Shown here piece by piece: positions 61,781 to 64,000 of a stretch of 64,000 nucleotides of DNA. Positions within the stretch are counted from its first letter, which is position 1, and each line of letters opens with the position of its first letter. This DNA is from Felis catus (lineage: Eukaryota). Position numbers and translations under genes: made by a program. The notes under the pieces were generated by a model, which worked only from the letters and a program-made list of their open reading frames with translations, did not search any database and was not told the DNA's origin. Location of the stretch: positions 184,762,001-184,826,000 of the forward strand of contig NC_058368.1 of the NCBI RefSeq assembly GCF_018350175.1, read 5' to 3'.

Positions 61781-63204
61781 AAGTATTGCTTATCAAGTTC
61801 CTGCTTGAGAGACACAAGAGGTTATGTTTAAGACCTAACTAAAGGTGTTCAGTCCAAGGGGTCATGATTCCTAGTCCCTCCTCTACCCTCCCCATGTATG
61901 ACATGGAAACTGTGTTGGAACTTGGTCACAGTCAAAATTCTCTCCGTGGGAGGTGAGCCACCACCTCTTTTCTTTCATCTTTCACATTCTCTCCATTTTC
62001 ACTTCATTCTTCATCTCTTTCCAGTGTTGGAGTTCAACATATTTGTTTCAAAGGCTTCCCATCTGGCCTTCATCTCTTCATCCCTCCTGTACATCCATTT
62101 CTGTTGGCGAGGCTGGTGGCTCATAGCCTTGGCCGTAACACATTCGTGAGGGTTACTGCAGATGGAAGATAGGTTCACGGCTTCATTTTCTCTCATTCTA
62201 GTTCCAGTGTGCAAAGATTCCTTTCTCGCTTAACACATATATAGGGTGGGCTAGAAGCTGTGGGAGGCCACATCAAATAAGTGAGGTGACCCATCACCTC
62301 AAGTATTCTGCATTATTTTGAAAAACAAAACAAAACAAGACTTTTGCTTGGAAAACAGGGGACAGTGTGTGATGGTAATCAATGAAGGCTAAAATCACCT
62401 GCCAACTGGTATGACACATATGCTTTCAGGAAGGAGGGGAGGAAAAGAAGTACCTCTACTTGGCCTAGTCTTTGCATTCATTGCTCATCCTACCAACTTA
62501 TTCAGATGCCAACCTGCTACAACAAATTTAACTTTGAAAAAGAATAACTTCCCAACTCTCCTCCCCTGATTTACAACACTGGCGACCTTTGTTCTCCTTT
62601 TATATCCCGTTAGAACTCTCTTTTGAACATTACCGTTGTATTTGATACAGAATCCATTTAGAGTATATCTCAGCTTCTTCTAAAATATTTACAAGCCTGA
62701 GTTTGCCTGAAATTCCTACTTTTCACGTAAAAAAAAGATGTGAAAATTAAACCTTCCAAGTTAGGTCAGCAAATTAAAATTTTTTAACATGAAATTTTAT
62801 CAATATGCTTTTCTTATTCTAATGCTCCCCAAATGGAAAAGCTAAAATCTGAAAGAAGCTATTTTTTGAAGTGATGAACTATAGTGATGCTTCTGGGGAT
62901 TTAGGATTAGGAAAACTTTTAATTTCTCATTTAACTCAATTTATACCTTTGGCCTGTCACCTTTAGCAGATATTAATGGGGGAGGGGAAAGAAGATGAAA
63001 CTTAAATCAGCATGTACTAATTGCTAGAATGTGTCTTTTAAGATAAAGAAGCTTTGTAGGGAACGAGATGTAAAGTGCTGAGTAATTTTCCAGAAATTTT
63101 AGAATATTTTACATTTTCTGATTGCAGACTACAAAATATAATAAAGCAGAAAGAAAAAGGAAAGGAAAGACTAATATGAAGAAGGGGAGGAAAGAAAAGG
63201 AAGG

Positions 63205-63440
63205 ACACAATTATTGAACACAATTGAGTGTGCCAGACACTCAATTAGGTCTTCCCTATAGCTTATTTTATGTATTCCTCATAATGACACTCACACACAG
63301 GGTTGGTATGATCTTTGTTGTACAAATGAAGCATGTGGGGATTAGGGAGGTTAAGTAACTTGGTCAAGACCACACAGCTAATAAGTAGAGCTAGGATTTG
63401 ACCCTAGATCTAACTCCAACTCTTGCTTGTACTACACCAT
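63205..63440 (-). mobile_element. MIR SINE
   Basis: tattgaacac..tgtgccagacac...tacaaatgaag..gaggttaagtaacttggtcaagaccacacagctaataagtagagctaggatttga. Confidence 0.8.
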
Positions 63441-63514
63441 ACTGCCTCTGCAGACAACCCCTTCAGGGGGTCTTTCCAGAGTATTCACACCCAACACATT
63501 GTATAGACTGTCTT

Positions 63515-63549
63515 TTTTTTTAATTATTATGTTTATATTTATTTTTGAC

Positions 63550-63582
<33 letters not shown>

Positions 63583-63754
63583 CAAAGCATGAGCAGCGGA
63601 GGGGCGGAGAGAAAGGGAGTCACAGAATCCAAAGCAGGCTCTGCGCTCCGAGCTATCAGCACAGAGCCCGACGCAGGGCTCAAACTCACAGACCTCGGGA
63701 TCATGACCTGAGCCGATGTCAGACGCTCAACCCACTGAGCCACCCAAGCGCCCC
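63515..63754 (-). mobile_element. CanSINE
   Basis: T tail, (GA)n, reverse-complement head; TSD atagac(t/a)gtctt. Confidence 0.95.
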
Positions 63755-64000
63755 ATAGACAGTCTTCTAAAGGGGAATTTGTAGGCTCAGCTAACCATGG
63801 TTGTAGGCAACAGAAGGGAATGTGTTTGATTTTTTTTCCCTTCCCTCTCATTACTTCTGCGGTCTCCGTCTTGCTGCACATCTACAAGGCAAAAGTCTAA
63901 CCCGCTGAAACATCAAGCCAAGTGAAAGCTTAACCCATCAAGGTGGATAGAGATCAGGAGGAAAAGCACGGGATCACCAATCAATCTCCAATTCTGCACA

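Noticed and set aside
61898..62214. Charged-looking 67-aa minus-strand ORF (RRDEEMKARWEAF)
   Set aside because: Non-ATG start, stops close on both sides, no clear splice sites and no recognised homolog.
63432..63881. Longest ORF in the window (149 aa)
   Set aside because: More than half of it is an antisense-oriented CanSINE and its microsatellite.

Overview
Eukaryotic, non-coding DNA from a carnivore, most likely a felid. The basis is about 35 tRNA-derived CanSINEs, three of them matching the youngest feline SINEC_Fc type, plus carnivore L1 3' ends. The window is AT-rich and CpG-poor, with no CpG island, no recognisable protein-coding exon, no RNA gene and no CRISPR or prokaryotic features. 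The predicted ORFs are chance ORFs or fall inside SINE, L1 or LTR relics. Much of the sequence is transposon-derived: CanSINEs (many with readable TSDs), L1/HAL1 fragments, MaLR/ERVL solo LTRs, MIR/L2/CR1 and DNA transposons (MER5, MER58, MER44, MER96, MER115-like). L1s and LTRs lie mostly on the + strand, which suggests a large intron of a minus-strand gene that I cannot name. The most notable structures are a 1.29-kb TSD-flanked L1 whose 5'UTR is joined directly to its 3' end, a tail-to-tail inverted SINE pair, serial same-site SINE insertions, a few unverified exon/microexon candidates and enhancer-like repeat-free blocks. I found no convincing novel biological system. Repeat subfamily names come from recalled consensus sequences, not from a search, and boundaries of old elements are approximate.
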